From an uncultured bacterium (GTDB lineage Bacteria > Macinerneyibacteriota > Macinerneyibacteria > Macinerneyibacteriales > DSCS01), in assembly GCA_964548195.1 (NCBI GenBank), contig CAZJQC010000009.1, positions 1 to 61,927 on the forward strand: 61,927 nt of DNA, given 5' to 3'. Positions 11,801-23,732 of the stretch are shown here, one piece after another. Made by a program: the position numbers and the translations under genes. Position 1 is the first letter of the stretch; each line of letters begins with the position of its first letter. The notes below the pieces were generated by a model. The model had not been told where the DNA came from and searched no databases. It was given only the letters and a program-made list of their open reading frames with translations.

Positions 11801-13004
11801 GATCTTCATGGCTGATGAGGACGGCAAGGAAAAGTCAAAGTTCGACGTGCCTTATGCCGCCATACTTCGGGTCAATGACGGCGATTCCGTCAAGCCCGGT
11901 GAAGCCATATTCGAGTGGGACCCCTTTATCAGGCCTATAGTGGCCGAGAAAAAGGGCAAGATCAGTTTTGAACACATCATCGAGGGCAAGACCGTGGAAG
12001 AGGAACTTGATTCTTCGACGGCCACGATACAGAGGGTCATAGTCGAGGACAAGACCAAGAAACTGCATCCCCGCATCTTCATCGAGGGGGCCGAAAAGGC
12101 CGGAGACGATGAAGAAAGCGGCAGATCCCTTTACTATCTGCCTACGGGGGCGTATCTTATTGTAAATGAGAACGATACGGTGGAAGCTGGCGACCTGATA
12201 GCCAAGATGCCCAGGCAGATCGGCAAGACAAGGGACATCACCGGCGGCCTTCCGAGGATATCGGAGTTGTTTGAGGCGCGTAAGCCTGACGACCCGTCCA
12301 TCATATCGGAAATCGACGGTATCGTGGAATACGGAAAGATCTCGCACGGGTACAGGATCATCGGCGTAAAGAACGAGTTCGGCGATGAGAACAAGTACAA
12401 GGTCCCTCTGGGAAAACAGATACTTGTCAACCCGGAAGACAGAGTGGAGGCGGGCGAGGCACTGACTTCAGGCAACATCAACCCGCATGACATACTCAAG
12501 GTAAAAGGCCTTGACGAGGTCAGGGAATACCTGCTTGCCGAGATACAGGAAGTGTACCGCATACAGGGCGTTGAGATCAACGACAAGCATATTGAGATCG
12601 TCATCAGGCAGATGACGCGCAAGGTGAAGATCAAGGACCCGGGCGATTCGCTGCTCATGCCGCAGGAGCTCATAGACAGGAACTCCTACATGGACATGAA
12701 CGAGAAACTCATATCCGAGAACAAGGAGCCCGCCACGGCGGAACCGATTTTGCTGGGTATTACAAAGGCTGCGCTGAACACCGAATCTTTCCTTTCGGCC
12801 GCGTCTTTCCAGGAGACAAACAGGGTCTTGACGGATGCGTCGCTTGAAGGTAAGATGGACTGGCTCGAGGGTCTGAAAGAGAACATAATCATCGGACATC
12901 TGATTCCCGCGGGTACTTGTTCCAGCCAGTATAAGAATATAGATTCCATGGTGGTCGACAGCGAAGGCGATTCGCTTGAGATCGACGTGGAAGACGATTA
13001 TTGA
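8823..13004 (+). CDS. rpoC: RNA polymerase beta' subunit (TTG start)
   Basis: NADFDGDQM catalytic motif, Zn-finger cysteines; AAGGAGG SD before in-frame TTG 8823. Confidence 0.99.
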   Translation: MKKVFPKSTNDFDGIRISLASPDDIRSWSYGEVREPETINYRTLKPEKDGLFCERIFGPVKDYECTCGKYKKKKNKGIICDRCGVEVTESRVRRERMGHIELVTPVAHIWFFKNLPNRLALLLDLKSKEIESIIYYDKYFVVDPGDIPELVEFETDMESGNTVQVAKKRILDEEEYEELLERYGEDSFVAEMGAGALRKVLEKIDVDLEFFKVTDDITKTKSVQNKKKLIKRLRLLNQLKVSGIRPEWVILEVLPVTPADLRPLVPLDGGKFATSDLNDLYRRVIHRNNRLKKLMELNAPDIILKNEKRMLQEAVDALFDNGRRNRPVTGTGNRPLKSLSDMLKGKNGRFRQNLLGKRVDYSGRSVIVVDPKLRIHQCGIPKQMAIELFKPFLLNKIEENMVDTLKGARKVLEKASPEVWQYLDDIIKDHPVLLNRAPTLHRLSIQAFMPQLVEGKAIKIHPLVCTAFNADFDGDQMGVHLPLSLEAQIEARMLMLSKYNILSPAHGNPLATPTKDMVLGLYYLTKERKGSRGEGKIFSSLEEVIAAFNNGKVDLHAKIKLHKVNKLREKESWVAEDYANVDKWRDYTTVGRALMNYEVLPGEFKYVNLLMGKKNIEKTIARIFKEVGNEAAVETLDRMKDTGFKYATLSGTTFASDDLLTPLVKRELIAETTKQVDSYWNQYRNGVITETERYNMVINAWTHTTEKVADEMIVKMKEDKGGFNPVFMMMDSGARGSRTQITQLAGMRGLMAKPQKKLTGGVGEIIEQPITANFREGLNVLQYFISTHGARKGLADTALKTADAGYLTRKLVDVSQEVIIRQDDCGTLSGLKVGHLKDGEDIIVPISDRIKGRVSLHDVPDPDFPEKMLIRANEVVTESIAKKIEDKGIEFIYVRSVLTCEAKHGICSKCYGTNLATGRLSEVGDTVGVIAAQSIGEPGTQLTLRTFHIGGTASRIIEQSEVKCKIDGNIRFDGIKFIENKNGEKVVINRSGKIFMADEDGKEKSKFDVPYAAILRVNDGDSVKPGEAIFEWDPFIRPIVAEKKGKISFEHIIEGKTVEEELDSSTATIQRVIVEDKTKKLHPRIFIEGAEKAGDDEESGRSLYYLPTGAYLIVNENDTVEAGDLIAKMPRQIGKTRDITGGLPRISELFEARKPDDPSIISEIDGIVEYGKISHGYRIIGVKNEFGDENKYKVPLGKQILVNPEDRVEAGEALTSGNINPHDILKVKGLDEVREYLLAEIQEVYRIQGVEINDKHIEIVIRQMTRKVKIKDPGDSLLMPQELIDRNSYMDMNEKLISENKEPATAEPILLGITKAALNTESFLSAASFQETNRVLTDASLEGKMDWLEGLKENIIIGHLIPAGTCSSQYKNIDSMVVDSEGDSLEIDVEDDY

Positions 13005-13017
13005 TAATCATAAGGGC

Positions 13018-13049
13018 GGCGGTCCGAATTGAATCGGGCCGCCGGTTTG
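13018..13049 (+). terminator. Probable terminator after rpoC
   Basis: GGCGGTCCGA/TCGGGCCGCC 10-bp stem; short U tract. Confidence 0.55.
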
Positions 13050-13059
13050 AAAGAAATGC

Positions 13060-13087
13060 TTGACAGTGCCGTTATCAATGGTATTAT
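13060..13087 (+). promoter_or_regulatory. sigma70-type promoter of the str operon
   Basis: TTGACA-16 nt-TATTAT with extended TG. Confidence 0.75.
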
Positions 13088-13120
13088 TGGGCACGAATTT
13101 AAAAAGGAGGACCGCAGAGT

Positions 13121-13495
13121 ATGCCTACGATTAACCAACTAGTACGCAAAGGCAGGAAAAAGGTAGTTAAGAAGAGCAAATCCCCCGCCATGCAGGCTAA
13201 TCCTCAGAAGAGAGGCGTTTGCACAAGGGTCACCACACAGACCCCTAAGAAACCGAACTCGGCGCTGCGTAAAATTGCGAGGGTAAAACTCAGTAATTCA
13301 TTTGAAGTTACTGCATACATACCGGGAGAAGGGCATAACCTTCAGGAGCATTCCATCGTCCTTATCAGGGGCGGCAGAGTAAAGGACCTTCCCGGTGTCA
13401 GGTACCACATTGTCAGGGGTGCCCTGGATACTGCAGGCGTTGACGGAAGAATGAAGAGCAGGTCCAAATACGGGACCAAGAGACCAAAGAAATAA
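13121..13495 (+). CDS. rpsL: 30S ribosomal protein S12
   Basis: [23 protein letters not shown]. Confidence 0.99.
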   Translation: MPTINQLVRKGRKKVVKKSKSPAMQANPQKRGVCTRVTTQTPKKPNSALRKIARVKLSNSFEVTAYIPGEGHNLQEHSIVLIRGGRVKDLPGVRYHIVRGALDTAGVDGRMKSRSKYGTKRPKK

Positions 13496-13509
13496 CGGAG
13501 GAGACGGAA

Positions 13510-13980
13510 ATGCCTAGGAGAGGTGTAAAGAAAAGAGTCGAGAGAAAATATGACAATTATGAAGCCATGGTCGTCGGCAAGACAATAAACAAGATCATGC
13601 TTGACGGCAAGAAGAACGTGGCCAGAAATATTTTCGATCAGGCAATGGTTGAGATCCAGGAAAGAACGGGTGAAGACGGCCTTACGATGTTCAGAAAAGC
13701 CATAGAGGCGCTGAAACCCGATCTCGAAGTAAAGTCACGCCGAGTGGGCGGAGCCAATTATCAGGTTCCTATTCCGGTGAGGCCCGAGAGAAAGCTTTCT
13801 TTGGCGATCAGATGGCTTGTAAATTATTCACGCGACAGAAAAGATGAATATCAGATGTACAAAAGATTTGCAAAAGAGATCATTGATGCCGCGAACGGAC
13901 AGGGCGGTGCCGCCAAGAAAAAAGATGATACCCACAAGATGGCCGAAGCCAACAAGGCTTTTGCGCATTTCAGGTATTGA
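13510..13980 (+). CDS. rpsG: 30S ribosomal protein S7
   Basis: RRVGGANYQVP, HKMAEANKAFAHFR. Confidence 0.99.
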   Translation: MPRRGVKKRVERKYDNYEAMVVGKTINKIMLDGKKNVARNIFDQAMVEIQERTGEDGLTMFRKAIEALKPDLEVKSRRVGGANYQVPIPVRPERKLSLAIRWLVNYSRDRKDEYQMYKRFAKEIIDAANGQGGAAKKKDDTHKMAEANKAFAHFRY

Positions 13981-13999
13981 GGGGCGGGAGGAATTTTAA

Positions 14000-16069
14000 G
14001 TGGCAAGAGAAATACAGCTGAACAGACAGCGTAATATAGGTATCATGGCTCACATTGATGCCGGCAAGACCACTACTACGGAGAGGATTCTCTTCTATAC
14101 GGGGGTTACGCATAAAATAGGTGAGGTCCATGACGGCAATGCCGAGATGGACTGGATGGCTCAGGAAAAGGAGCGCGGGATCACGATCACGTCCGCTTCC
14201 ACCACCTGCTTCTGGAAAGACCACAGGGTGAGTATAATAGATACGCCAGGGCATGTTGATTTCACGGTCGAGGTCGAGCGTTCCCTTAGGGTGCTTGACG
14301 GAGCGGTAGCCGTGTTCTGCGCCGTATCTGGCGTGCAGCCGCAGTCCGAGACCGTCTGGAGGCAGGCGGACAAGTACAGCGTGCCGCGTCTGGTATTCGT
14401 GAACAAGATGGACAGGACCGGCGCCAATTTCTTCAGCGTGGTGGACGAGGTGCGCGATAAACTGGGGTCTAACCCCGTGCCGCTGCATTATCCGATCGGA
14501 GCCGAGGACAGTTTTGCCGGCATGGTCGACCTGTTCACCATGAGGGCTTTGATATGGGACGGAGAGGATCTGGGCGCGACGTATCATGAAGAGGATATTC
14601 CCGCCGACATCCTGGAGGATGTGGAGTTATACAGGGCTCATCTTGTCGAGACCATAGTGGAAAACGACGAATCCGCCATGGAGAGATATTTGGCTGGTGA
14701 GGAAATACCGGTGGAGGAATTGAAGCGTGTGTTGAGGAAGATGACCATACGCGGGGATGTCGTTCCCGTTATATGCGGCACCGCATTCAAGAACAAGGGC
14801 GTTCAACCGCTGCTTGACGCGGTGATCGATTTCATGCCTTCTCCTCTGGATATTCCGCCGGTTGAGGGCAAGAACCCGAAAACGGATGCGTGGGAGACGA
14901 GAAAGGCTGATGACAACGAGCCTTTTGCCGCGCTGGCTTTTAAGATAATGGTGGATCCTTTTGTGGGCAAACTTGTCTATGCAAGGGTTTATTCCGGGAA
15001 GCTTGAAAAGGGTTCCTATGTATATAATGTAAACAAGGGGAAAAAGGAGCGTGTCGGCAGGATACTGCAGATGCACGCCAACAAGAGAGAAGAGCGCGAG
15101 GAGCTTTACGCGGGCGATATCGCGGCATTTGTGGGCATGAAGAACGTGTCCACCGGTGACACCATATCCGCTTTGCATAAACCCATTGTCCTTGAGGCCA
15201 TGGAGTTTCCGGACCCCGTGATCTCGGTCGCCATAGAGCCCAAGAGCAAGGCCGACCAGGACAAGCTTTCGAATGCGATACAGAAGCTGTCGGAAGAAGA
15301 TCCCACGTTCAAGGCTTATGTCGACCATGAGACCGGACAGACTATCATATCCGGCATGGGCGAGCTTCATCTGGAAATACTGGTTGACAGGATGAAGCGC
15401 GAGTATTCGGTGGAAGCCAATATCGGCAAGCCCCAGGTCGCGTACAGAGAGAGCATACGCAAGAAAGTCACCGCCGAAGGCAAGTACATACGTCAGAGCG
15501 GAGGCCGCGGGCAGTACGGGCATTGTGTGATCGAGGTAGAGCCTCTTTCCAGGGGCATGGGCTTCGAGTTTGTCGACAAGATCGTGGGCGGTGTCATCCC
15601 GAGGGAGTACATACCTGCGGTGTCCAAGGGCATAGAAGAGGCGATGAACAGTGGTTCCATGGCCGGTTATCCCGTGGTGGACATCAAGGTGACGCTGATC
15701 GACGGTTCTTATCATGATGTCGACTCTTCCGAGATGGCGTTTTCCATAGCGGGTTCCATGGGTTTCAAGGAAGGTTTCAGAAAAGCCTCTCCCGTATTGC
15801 TGGAGCCCATAGTCGAAGTGGAAGTGACCATGCCGGAAGAATATATGGGAGACATCATCAGTGATATAAACAGCAGGCGAGGAAATATCAAGGGCATGGA
15901 GCCCAAAGGCAAGGTCCAGATCGTGACCGCGGAAGTGCCGTTGTCCGAGATGTTCGGATATGCGACGGTCATGAGGTCGCTGACCCAGGGCAGAGCCAGT
16001 TATACCATGCAGTTTTCTTACTATGACGAGGTTCCCGCCAATATAGCTGACGAGATCGTTGTAAGTTAG
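14000..16069 (+). CDS. fusA: Elongation factor G (GTG start)
   Basis: [28 protein letters not shown]. Confidence 0.99.
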   Translation: MAREIQLNRQRNIGIMAHIDAGKTTTTERILFYTGVTHKIGEVHDGNAEMDWMAQEKERGITITSASTTCFWKDHRVSIIDTPGHVDFTVEVERSLRVLDGAVAVFCAVSGVQPQSETVWRQADKYSVPRLVFVNKMDRTGANFFSVVDEVRDKLGSNPVPLHYPIGAEDSFAGMVDLFTMRALIWDGEDLGATYHEEDIPADILEDVELYRAHLVETIVENDESAMERYLAGEEIPVEELKRVLRKMTIRGDVVPVICGTAFKNKGVQPLLDAVIDFMPSPLDIPPVEGKNPKTDAWETRKADDNEPFAALAFKIMVDPFVGKLVYARVYSGKLEKGSYVYNVNKGKKERVGRILQMHANKREEREELYAGDIAAFVGMKNVSTGDTISALHKPIVLEAMEFPDPVISVAIEPKSKADQDKLSNAIQKLSEEDPTFKAYVDHETGQTIISGMGELHLEILVDRMKREYSVEANIGKPQVAYRESIRKKVTAEGKYIRQSGGRGQYGHCVIEVEPLSRGMGFEFVDKIVGGVIPREYIPAVSKGIEEAMNSGSMAGYPVVDIKVTLIDGSYHDVDSSEMAFSIAGSMGFKEGFRKASPVLLEPIVEVEVTMPEEYMGDIISDINSRRGNIKGMEPKGKVQIVTAEVPLSEMFGYATVMRSLTQGRASYTMQFSYYDEVPANIADEIVVS

Positions 16070-16081
16070 AGGAGGTAATTA

Positions 16082-17284
16082 ATGGCAAAAGAAAAATTTG
16101 TAAGGAACAAGCCGCATGTCAACGTCGGCACCATAGGCCATGTAGACCATGGCAAGACCACGCTGACAAGTGCCATAACGAAAGTTCTGGCTTCACGGAA
16201 TCTTGCATCGGCCATGGATTTTGACGCCATAGACAAGGCTCCCGAAGAGAGAGAGCGCGGCATAACCATAGCCACCGCTCATGTGGAGTACGAATCTTTG
16301 ACAAGGCATTACGCTCATGTCGACTGTCCCGGCCATGCGGATTACGTCAAGAACATGATCACCGGAGCCGCTCAGATGGACGGCGCCATACTGGTGGTCA
16401 GTGCTGCTGACGGCCCCATGCCCCAGACGCGCGAACACATACTGTTGGCCCGTCAGGTCGGCGTGCCTTACATCATAGTCTTCCTTAACAAGGTCGACAT
16501 GGTGGATGACGACGAGCTGCTTGAGCTTGTTGAGATGGAAGTGCGTGATCTGCTGAGCTCTTACGAGTTCCCCGGCGATGACATACCGGTGATCAGAGGC
16601 AGCGCGTTGAAAGCCATGGAAAGCACGGAAGAGAGTGTCGATGCCGATGTCTACAAGCCCATAATTGATCTTGTGGCGGCGCTTGACAGTTATATTCCGG
16701 ATCCCGAGAGAGAGATCGACAAACCTTTCCTGATGCCCATAGAGGATGTATTTTCCATCACGGGCAGAGGAACGGTCGTCACCGGCAGGATAGACCGCGG
16801 TATGATACATACCGGCGAAGAAGTGCATCTTATCGGTATCAGGGAAGAGACTCAGAAGTCCGTTGTCACGGGCGTTGAGATGTTTAAGAAGATCCTTGAC
16901 GAAGGACAGGCCGGGGACAATGTCGGCCTGCTTTTGAGAGGCATTGCTAAGACGGATGTCGAAAGAGGCATGGTCGTGGCCAAACCCGGCGCCATTACTC
17001 CTCATAAGAAGTTCAAGGGCGAGGTTTACGTGTTGAAGAAGGAAGAAGGCGGAAGGCACACACCTTTCTTCAGCGGTTACAGGCCTCAGTTCTACTTCAG
17101 GACCACTGACATTACCGGAAACCTTGATCTGCCCGAGGGTGTTGAGATGTGCATGCCCGGCGATAACATCACTGTTAGCGTTGAGATGATACATCCCGTT
17201 GCCCTGGAGCAGGGTCTCAGGTTCGCCATCAGAGAAGGCGGCAGGACCGTGGGCGCCGGCGTTGTGGCTGAAGTCATCGAATAA
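16082..17284 (+). CDS. tuf: Elongation factor Tu (copy 2)
   Basis: Near-identical to 81..1283; follows fusA. Confidence 0.99.
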   Translation: MAKEKFVRNKPHVNVGTIGHVDHGKTTLTSAITKVLASRNLASAMDFDAIDKAPEERERGITIATAHVEYESLTRHYAHVDCPGHADYVKNMITGAAQMDGAILVVSAADGPMPQTREHILLARQVGVPYIIVFLNKVDMVDDDELLELVEMEVRDLLSSYEFPGDDIPVIRGSALKAMESTEESVDADVYKPIIDLVAALDSYIPDPEREIDKPFLMPIEDVFSITGRGTVVTGRIDRGMIHTGEEVHLIGIREETQKSVVTGVEMFKKILDEGQAGDNVGLLLRGIAKTDVERGMVVAKPGAITPHKKFKGEVYVLKKEEGGRHTPFFSGYRPQFYFRTTDITGNLDLPEGVEMCMPGDNITVSVEMIHPVALEQGLRFAIREGGRTVGAGVVAEVIE

Positions 17285-17297
17285 AGGTGGGATAAAA

Positions 17298-17612
17298 ATG
17301 GAAAGACAGAAGATAAGAATTAAGATGAAAGGTTATGATCACAGACTTTTGGACGAATCCGTGAAGAAGATAGTCGAGACGGCGGAGAAGAACGGCGCAA
17401 AAGTTGCCGGGCCGATACCGCTGCCTACGAAGATCAGCCGCTTTACGGTATTGCGTTCCCCTCACGTTAACAAGAAAAGCAGGGAACAGTTTGAAATGAG
17501 AGTCCATAAGAGACTTCTCGATATCCTTGATCCCAGCCCGAAGACTATGGACGCTCTCATGAGAGTGGATCTTCCTTCCGGTGTTGATGTGGAGATCAAA
17601 CTGACTAAATAG
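17298..17612 (+). CDS. rpsJ: 30S ribosomal protein S10
   Basis: [21 protein letters not shown]; start trimmed to ATG 17298. Confidence 0.99.
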   Translation: MERQKIRIKMKGYDHRLLDESVKKIVETAEKNGAKVAGPIPLPTKISRFTVLRSPHVNKKSREQFEMRVHKRLLDILDPSPKTMDALMRVDLPSGVDVEIKLTK

Positions 17613-17624
17613 GAGGCATAGATC

Positions 17625-18242
17625 ATGGGAATTCTAGGAAAAAAAATCGGAATGACACAGTTAATCCTTGAGGACGGCAAGATCGTTTCAGTTACCGTTG
17701 TGGATGTTGCGAATAACATCGTGACTGCTCTCAAGACCAATGACAGGGACGGCTATGAAGCCGTGCAGGTCGGTTATGGAGACGTCAAAAAGATCAATAA
17801 GCCTCTATCGGGAATTTTTAAGAAGAACGAGATCGAAGCCAGACGGTATCTCAGGGAGTTTCGCAAGATGGCGCCTGCTGAATACAAGATAGGCGATGCT
17901 GTTACCATGGAACATCTTTCCGAACGTGTGAGTGTTACCGGTACCAGCAAAGGCAAGGGTTTTCAGGGCGCGATCAAGCGGCACGGAAGACACAGAGGCC
18001 CCATGGGTCACGGATCAAAGTTTCACAGGGCTCCGGGATCGCAGGGCGCTTCGAGTTATCCTTCGAGGGTTTTAAAGGGAAAGAAGATGCCCGGCAGAAT
18101 GGGCGGAGTCAAGTATACTGCTGAAAACCTCAGGGTTGTAAGGAAGGACGAAGAGAGGAATCTCCTGTTCCTCAAGGGATCCGTACCCGGAGCGAACGGC
18201 TCACTGCTTTACATCTACAACTCCCCCAAGGCAGCGAAGTAA
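17625..18242 (+). CDS. rplC: 50S ribosomal protein L3
   Basis: GKKIGMTQ, SKGKGFQG. Confidence 0.99.
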   Translation: MGILGKKIGMTQLILEDGKIVSVTVVDVANNIVTALKTNDRDGYEAVQVGYGDVKKINKPLSGIFKKNEIEARRYLREFRKMAPAEYKIGDAVTMEHLSERVSVTGTSKGKGFQGAIKRHGRHRGPMGHGSKFHRAPGSQGASSYPSRVLKGKKMPGRMGGVKYTAENLRVVRKDEERNLLFLKGSVPGANGSLLYIYNSPKAAK

Positions 18243-18258
18243 GGAAGGATGATGAAAG

Positions 18259-18882
18259 ATGGAATTGAAAGTATATAACATGGAAGCCAAGGAGATCGGA
18301 AAAGAGAAGGTCTCCGATGCTGTATTCGGTATTGAGCCGAACAAGGCTCTTTTACATCAGGCTGTCGTCAAACAGCTTGCGAATAAAAGGGTCGGCACTC
18401 ATTCCACCAAGACTCGTTCGGAAGTCAACGGCGGCGGAAAAAAACCCTGGAAGCAGAAGGGCACGGGACGTGCCAGGCAGGGTACCACCAGGGCTGCTCA
18501 GTGGGTTGGCGGCGGCGTAGTATTCGGCCCCAAACCGAGAGATTACAGCCAGAAAATGCCTCAGAAGATGAGGCAGTTGGCTTTGAAAAGCGCTTTAAGC
18601 ATCAAAGTGAAGGATGAGGAGATGTTCATGATCGACGCCATAGCGGTCAAAGAGATCAAGACAAGGCCCATGGCGGACTTTATATCCAGGTTTAAAAACG
18701 ACGGTGACAAGATCATGGTCGTGGTTAAAGACTATGATGAACCTGTATTTAAAAGCGTAAGGAACATCAACAAGGTCAATATTGTATCTTCGAGCAGGGT
18801 CAATGTATATGATCTTCTTTGGGCGGACAAAGTCCTTATTTCCAAGGATGCGATACGCGCGATCGAGGAGGTGCTCGCATGA
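18259..18882 (+). CDS. rplD: 50S ribosomal protein L4
   Basis: KPWKQKGTGRARQG. Confidence 0.99.
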   Translation: MELKVYNMEAKEIGKEKVSDAVFGIEPNKALLHQAVVKQLANKRVGTHSTKTRSEVNGGGKKPWKQKGTGRARQGTTRAAQWVGGGVVFGPKPRDYSQKMPQKMRQLALKSALSIKVKDEEMFMIDAIAVKEIKTRPMADFISRFKNDGDKIMVVVKDYDEPVFKSVRNINKVNIVSSSRVNVYDLLWADKVLISKDAIRAIEEVLA

Positions 18883-19163
18883 AAACACCGTTTGACGTAA
18901 TATTGGAACCCATCATGACTGAAAAAAGTCTGGCGGAAAAAGAGAGCCTGAACAAATACACGTTCAAAGTGGCTGCCAAGGCCAATAAGGGCGAGATCAA
19001 GCGCGCGGTTGAGAAGATGTTCAACGTAAGTGTGGAATCGGTAGCCGTTATGAATGTTCTTGGAAAGAAAAAAAGAGTCAGGATCGTAGAAGGCAAGAAA
19101 CCCGACTGGAAGAAGGCCATCGTTACGTTGACTCAGGGTCAGAGAATAGACCTCTTTGACTGA
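18879..19163 (+). CDS. rplW: 50S ribosomal protein L23
   Basis: [19 protein letters not shown] overlap with rplD. Confidence 0.98.
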   Translation: MKTPFDVILEPIMTEKSLAEKESLNKYTFKVAAKANKGEIKRAVEKMFNVSVESVAVMNVLGKKKRVRIVEGKKPDWKKAIVTLTQGQRIDLFD

Positions 19164-19183
19164 TCAGAAAGGAGTGCAGTACA

Positions 19184-20014
19184 ATGGGAATAAAAAAATA
19201 TAAACCCACGACTCCCGGAAGAAGAGGGATGACCGGGTTTGATTTTTCGGAAGTAACCAAGAAGGACCCCGAAAAGTCTCTGATCGAGAAGCTTGTGCGC
19301 AAAGCCGGAAGGAACAACTACGGCAATATCACTGTAAGAAGAAGAGGCGGCGGTCACAAGCGTCTGTACAGGATCATTGATTTCAAACGGAACAAGTTCG
19401 GCATTCCCGGAACCGTTTCTTCGATCGAGTATGATCCCAACAGGTCCTCCAGGATAGCTTTGATAGTCTACGCGGACGGTGAGAAGCGTTATATCATAGC
19501 TCCTTTGGGGCTCGGCAAAGGCGATGTTATCATGAGCGGCCCGGAAGCCGATATCAAGGTCGGGAACGCTCTTCCCATAGAGAATATCCCTGTGGGGTCT
19601 TTGATACACAACATTGAGTTGAAACCCGGCAAGGGTGGTCAGATCGTAAGAAGCGCCGGGACGCAAGCTCAGCTCATGGCCAAGGAAGGCAAATATGCCA
19701 ATATCAAGCTTCCGTCGGGAGAAGTAAGGCTTATACACATGAAATGCATGGCCACCATCGGACAGGTTGGAAACCCCGAGAGGGAGAATATAAACATCGG
19801 CAAGGCCGGCAGAAACAGATGGCTTGGCAAGAGGCCCAAGGTCAGGGGCGTTGTCATGAACCCTGTGGATCATCCCCATGGAGGCGGCGAAGGAAGGTCT
19901 CCTCAGGGAAACCCGCATCCCGTGACGCCCTGGGGCATGCCTACCAAGGGTTACAAGACCAGAGACAGGAAGAAAAATTCCAATAAGTATATTGTCTCCA
20001 GACGGAAGAAATAG
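19184..20014 (+). CDS. rplB: 50S ribosomal protein L2
   Basis: [20 protein letters not shown]. Confidence 0.99.
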   Translation: MGIKKYKPTTPGRRGMTGFDFSEVTKKDPEKSLIEKLVRKAGRNNYGNITVRRRGGGHKRLYRIIDFKRNKFGIPGTVSSIEYDPNRSSRIALIVYADGEKRYIIAPLGLGKGDVIMSGPEADIKVGNALPIENIPVGSLIHNIELKPGKGGQIVRSAGTQAQLMAKEGKYANIKLPSGEVRLIHMKCMATIGQVGNPERENINIGKAGRNRWLGKRPKVRGVVMNPVDHPHGGGEGRSPQGNPHPVTPWGMPTKGYKTRDRKKNSNKYIVSRRKK

Positions 20015-20028
20015 GAGGGTGTTTGATT

Positions 20029-20313
20029 ATGCCTAGATCTGTAAAAAAAGGACCTTTTGTTGATGAGCATCTCCTGAAAAAAGTGCAGGGGATCGATCTG
20101 ACGAAGGAAAAGAAAGTGATAAAGACTTGGTCGAGACGGTCCATGATTACCCCGGACTTCATTGGACATACATTCAGTGTGTATAACGGAAGAAAATTTC
20201 TGCCAGTGTATGTGACCGAAAACATGGTCGGACACAAACTTGGTGAGTTTGCGCCTACCCGTACATACAGGGGTCATGCCGGATCGAAGGAAAAAGGCTC
20301 AAAGGTAAGGTAG
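20029..20313 (+). CDS. rpsS: 30S ribosomal protein S19
   Basis: [18 protein letters not shown]. Confidence 0.99.
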   Translation: MPRSVKKGPFVDEHLLKKVQGIDLTKEKKVIKTWSRRSMITPDFIGHTFSVYNGRKFLPVYVTENMVGHKLGEFAPTRTYRGHAGSKEKGSKVR

Positions 20314-20323
20314 GAGGATGACC

Positions 20324-20677
20324 ATGGAATATAAAGCTACCAACAAGCATGTAAGAATGTCTCCTCGCAAAGCAGGTATAGTGGCTCGTTTGGTTAGAAA
20401 CAAGCCGTGTGATGAGGCTCAGGCTATTCTGAAGTTTACTCCGAATAAACCTGCGATACACATATTGAAGACTTTGAACTCAGCGATAGCTAATGCCGCT
20501 GACAGAAGTAACGGACAACTGAGTGCCGAGGATCTGTTTGTAAAACACATCAGCATCGGCGGAGGGGCTTCCTTTAGGAGAGTTCGTCCATTGTCCCGTG
20601 GTAGGGCCGCGATAATCAGAAAACGAACCAGCCATATCAATGTTGTAGTGGCTGAAAAAATCGTAACCGAAGAATAG
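20324..20677 (+). CDS. rplV: 50S ribosomal protein L22
   Basis: RMSPRK, SAIANA, KRTSHI. Confidence 0.98.
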   Translation: MEYKATNKHVRMSPRKAGIVARLVRNKPCDEAQAILKFTPNKPAIHILKTLNSAIANAADRSNGQLSAEDLFVKHISIGGGASFRRVRPLSRGRAAIIRKRTSHINVVVAEKIVTEE

Positions 20678-20690
20678 TGGGAGGGTTGTC

Positions 20691-21341
20691 ATGGGTCAGA
20701 AGACACATCCTAAAGGATTAAGATTGGGGATCAACGAAACGTGGGATTCCCAGTGGTATGCAGGGAAGAACTACAGTAAGTACCTTGCGGAAGACATCCG
20801 CATAAGGGAAGAACTGATGGAAAAGCTGAGAAACCTCGGCGACAATCATCAGGACGCGGGCGTGGCGAAGATAGTCATAACCCGTCCAAGCAAGGACAAG
20901 ATCCATTTTACCATACATGTGTCGCGCCCCGGCGTGATCATAGGCAGAAAAGGTGAAGAGATCAAAAGGCTTCGGGCCGATCTCAGGAACAAACTGAACA
21001 AAGAGATATTTATCGATGTCAAAGAAGTCAAGATACCCGAGCTTGAGGCCAAGCTGGTGGCTGAAAATGTGGCCAGTTCGCTGACCAGGAGGGTGTCGTT
21101 CCGCCGTGCTATGAAAAAGTCGATCCAGAACACCATGAAATACGGTGCCGAAGGCATCAAAATAGCTTGTTCGGGAAGACTTGGCGGCGCCGAGATGTCG
21201 CGTTCGGAATGGTATTCAGAGGGAAGGGTACCCCTTCACACGCTGAAAAGCAGAATTGACTATTCCATTGCGTTGGCTAAAACGACTTACGGCGTCATCG
21301 GCGTAAAGGTCTGGGTATGCAAGAAGCCCGAGGCCGAATAA
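20691..21341 (+). CDS. rpsC: 30S ribosomal protein S3
   Basis: MGQKTHP, RPGVIIG, GRVPLHTL. Confidence 0.99.
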   Translation: MGQKTHPKGLRLGINETWDSQWYAGKNYSKYLAEDIRIREELMEKLRNLGDNHQDAGVAKIVITRPSKDKIHFTIHVSRPGVIIGRKGEEIKRLRADLRNKLNKEIFIDVKEVKIPELEAKLVAENVASSLTRRVSFRRAMKKSIQNTMKYGAEGIKIACSGRLGGAEMSRSEWYSEGRVPLHTLKSRIDYSIALAKTTYGVIGVKVWVCKKPEAE

Positions 21342-21366
21342 TTGACCATCGAAGGAGGCTGGAACT

Positions 21367-21780
21367 ATGTTGATGCCTAAGAGAGTTAAGTATAGAAAGA
21401 CTCAAAAGGGAAAGATGAGAGGTAAGGCTTACAGAGGCTCCACCGTGTCATTCGGCGAGTTCGCGATAAAAGCCACCGAGTGCGGCTGGATCACCAGTAA
21501 CCAGATCGAGGCTGCCAGGATTACCATAAACAGGACTCTTAAGAGAAGAGGCAAACTGTGGATAAGGGTTTTCCCTGACAAACCGATAACCACAAAACCT
21601 GCCGAGACTCGTATGGGTAAAGGTAAGGGAAACCCCGAGTATTGGGTCGCCGTGGTAAAACCCGGCAAGATCCTTTTTGAACTTGAGGGCGTTCCCCAGG
21701 ACCTCGCGAAAAAGGCCATGGACCTCGCGGCTTACAAATTGCCGATCAGTACGAAGTTCATGACAAGGGACGAAAGATGA
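21367..21780 (+). CDS. rplP: 50S ribosomal protein L16
   Basis: [18 protein letters not shown]. Confidence 0.99.
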   Translation: MLMPKRVKYRKTQKGKMRGKAYRGSTVSFGEFAIKATECGWITSNQIEAARITINRTLKRRGKLWIRVFPDKPITTKPAETRMGKGKGNPEYWVAVVKPGKILFELEGVPQDLAKKAMDLAAYKLPISTKFMTRDER

Positions 21781-21790
21781 GGTGAGGGAG

Positions 21791-22006
21791 ATGAAATTGA
21801 CAGCAAATGAACTCAGGGAGTTCACTTCCAAAGAATTGGGGCAAAAGCTCTATGAACTTAAAGAGGAGCTTTTCCGTTTAAATTTCCGAAAAGTGACCAA
21901 TCAGTTGGAGGATACATCAATGATCGCCAAAACGAGAAGAAACATTGCTCGTGTCCTTACCGTGATGCGCGAAAGAGAAAACGAGGAGGGCGGACGTGAA
22001 ATCTAA
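21791..22006 (+). CDS. rpmC: 50S ribosomal protein L29
   Basis: [17 protein letters not shown]; start could be TTG 21797. Confidence 0.96.
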   Translation: MKLTANELREFTSKELGQKLYELKEELFRLNFRKVTNQLEDTSMIAKTRRNIARVLTVMRERENEEGGREI

Positions 22007-22250
22007 TGCAAGAAAGCGCCGCGAAGGCGTCGTGGTCACCGATCAGATGGATAAGACCATAGTGCTGATAGTTGACAAACTTGTCAAAGACAGGCTTACG
22101 GGCAAGATTGTCCGTAAAAGGAAAAAATTCATGGCTCACGACGAGGAAAACAGATGTGAAGTCGGCGATCTCGTTCTCATTGAGGAGACCAGGCCTCTTT
22201 CCAGGCGGAAAAGATGGCGTGTGGTCGAGATCCTCAAGAAGAAAGCGTAA
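21996..22250 (+). CDS. rpsQ: 30S ribosomal protein S17 (GTG start)
   Basis: MDKTIV, HDEEN, ETRPLS. Confidence 0.98.
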   Translation: MKSNARKRREGVVVTDQMDKTIVLIVDKLVKDRLTGKIVRKRKKFMAHDEENRCEVGDLVLIEETRPLSRRKRWRVVEILKKKA

Positions 22251-22264
22251 GCAGGAGGGTTGAC

Positions 22265-22633
22265 ATGATACAGCAGGAAAGTATATTGAATGTTGCTGAT
22301 AACACGGGTGCCAAGAAGGTGCTGGTTATCAGGGTCCTCGGCGGAACCGGACGCAGATACGGCAGTGTAGGCGATATCATAGTAGGTACGGTCAAAGCTG
22401 CTATCCCCAATTCAAATGTGAAGAAGGGTGAAGTTGTCAAGGCCGTCGTTGTGAGGACCAAGAAGAGATATAAACGCGAAGACGGGTCATACATAGCTTT
22501 TGATGACAATGCGTGTGTCGTCCTTGATGCCAAACTGGAACCCAGAGGCACAAGGATTTTCGGACCCGTTGCTCGCGAGCTGCGTGAGAAGAACTATATG
22601 AAGATAGTGTCTCTCGCGCCTGAAGTATGGTAA
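22265..22633 (+). CDS. rplN: 50S ribosomal protein L14
   Basis: [20 protein letters not shown]. Confidence 0.99.
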   Translation: MIQQESILNVADNTGAKKVLVIRVLGGTGRRYGSVGDIIVGTVKAAIPNSNVKKGEVVKAVVVRTKKRYKREDGSYIAFDDNACVVLDAKLEPRGTRIFGPVARELREKNYMKIVSLAPEVW

Positions 22634-22648
22634 CAGGGAGGAACTACG

Positions 22649-22960
22649 ATGGGTTTGAGAATAAAAAAAGATGACATGGTAGTTGTTTTGACAGGCAAGT
22701 ACAAAGGCACCAAGGGCCGTGTACTTAGAGTGTTCCCCAAGACGGAACGTGTGCTCGTCGAGGGAGTCAACTACATCCATAGACATACGCGTCCGAACCC
22801 GGACAATCCCAAGGGCGGCGTGGTCAAGAGAGAGGGGACCATAAATATCTCCAATCTTGCCCTGTTCTGTCCTAAATGTGACAAGGGCGTCCGGTTTAAG
22901 ACCGTTACGGAGAACAACGATAAAAAAAGAGTCTGCGTCCACTGCGGTGAGACTCTCTAA
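22649..22960 (+). CDS. rplX: 50S ribosomal protein L24
   Basis: KOW motif, VEGVN; CPKC...CVHC. Confidence 0.98.
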   Translation: MGLRIKKDDMVVVLTGKYKGTKGRVLRVFPKTERVLVEGVNYIHRHTRPNPDNPKGGVVKREGTINISNLALFCPKCDKGVRFKTVTENNDKKRVCVHCGETL

Positions 22961-22975
22961 GGTAGGTGGGGAAAC

Positions 22976-23518
22976 ATGACATTTGAGATGAAGGAACGCT
23001 ACAAAAAGGATATCGTCAAAAAACTGATGGATACGTTTGAGTACCGTAGCATCATGCAGGTGCCCAGGATAAAAAAGGTCGTATTGAACATTGGTGTGGG
23101 CGAAGCCTCGAGAAATGCCAAGGCCATGGATTCCGCTGTTGAGGATCTTATAAAGATCACCGGCCAGCAGCCGGTCATCAGAAACGCAAAAAAAAGTGTT
23201 TCTAACTTTAAGATCAGGGAAGGCATGCCTGTGGGCGTGTCCGTCACCCTTCGCGGCGACAGCATGTGGGCTTTTCTGATGAGACTGCTCTACATAGCAC
23301 TTCCGCGTATCAGAGACTTCAGGGGAGTATCCAGGGACGCATTCGACGGCAGGGGTAATTATACTCTCGGTGTTACCGAACAGATCATATTCCCCGAGAT
23401 CGAATATGACAAAGTCGACGCCATCAGAGGGATGAACATCACGTTTGTAACCACGGCAGAGACCGACCGGGAAGCGGCAGTGCTTCTGGGCGAACTGGGA
23501 ATGCCTTTCCAGAAGTAA
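22976..23518 (+). CDS. rplE: 50S ribosomal protein L5
   Basis: [16 protein letters not shown]. Confidence 0.99.
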   Translation: MTFEMKERYKKDIVKKLMDTFEYRSIMQVPRIKKVVLNIGVGEASRNAKAMDSAVEDLIKITGQQPVIRNAKKSVSNFKIREGMPVGVSVTLRGDSMWAFLMRLLYIALPRIRDFRGVSRDAFDGRGNYTLGVTEQIIFPEIEYDKVDAIRGMNITFVTTAETDREAAVLLGELGMPFQK

Positions 23519-23533
23519 TCAGGAGGGATACAG

Positions 23534-23719
23534 ATGGCAAAAAAATCAATGATAGTCAAGCAGAGCAGAAAGCAGGCGTTTAAGGTAAGGGAGTATAACA
23601 GATGTAGTATCTGCGGCCGCCCCAGGGGCTACTACCGTAAGTTCGGAATATGCAGAGTCTGTTTGAGGAAGTACGCTCTTGAGGGCAAATTGCCCGGAGT
23701 TACCAAAGCAAGTTGGTAA
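23534..23719 (+). CDS. rpsZ: 30S ribosomal protein S14 type Z
   Basis: 61 aa, CSICGR...CRVC. Confidence 0.98.
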   Translation: MAKKSMIVKQSRKQAFKVREYNRCSICGRPRGYYRKFGICRVCLRKYALEGKLPGVTKASW

Positions 23720-23732
23720 GGGAGGAACTATA

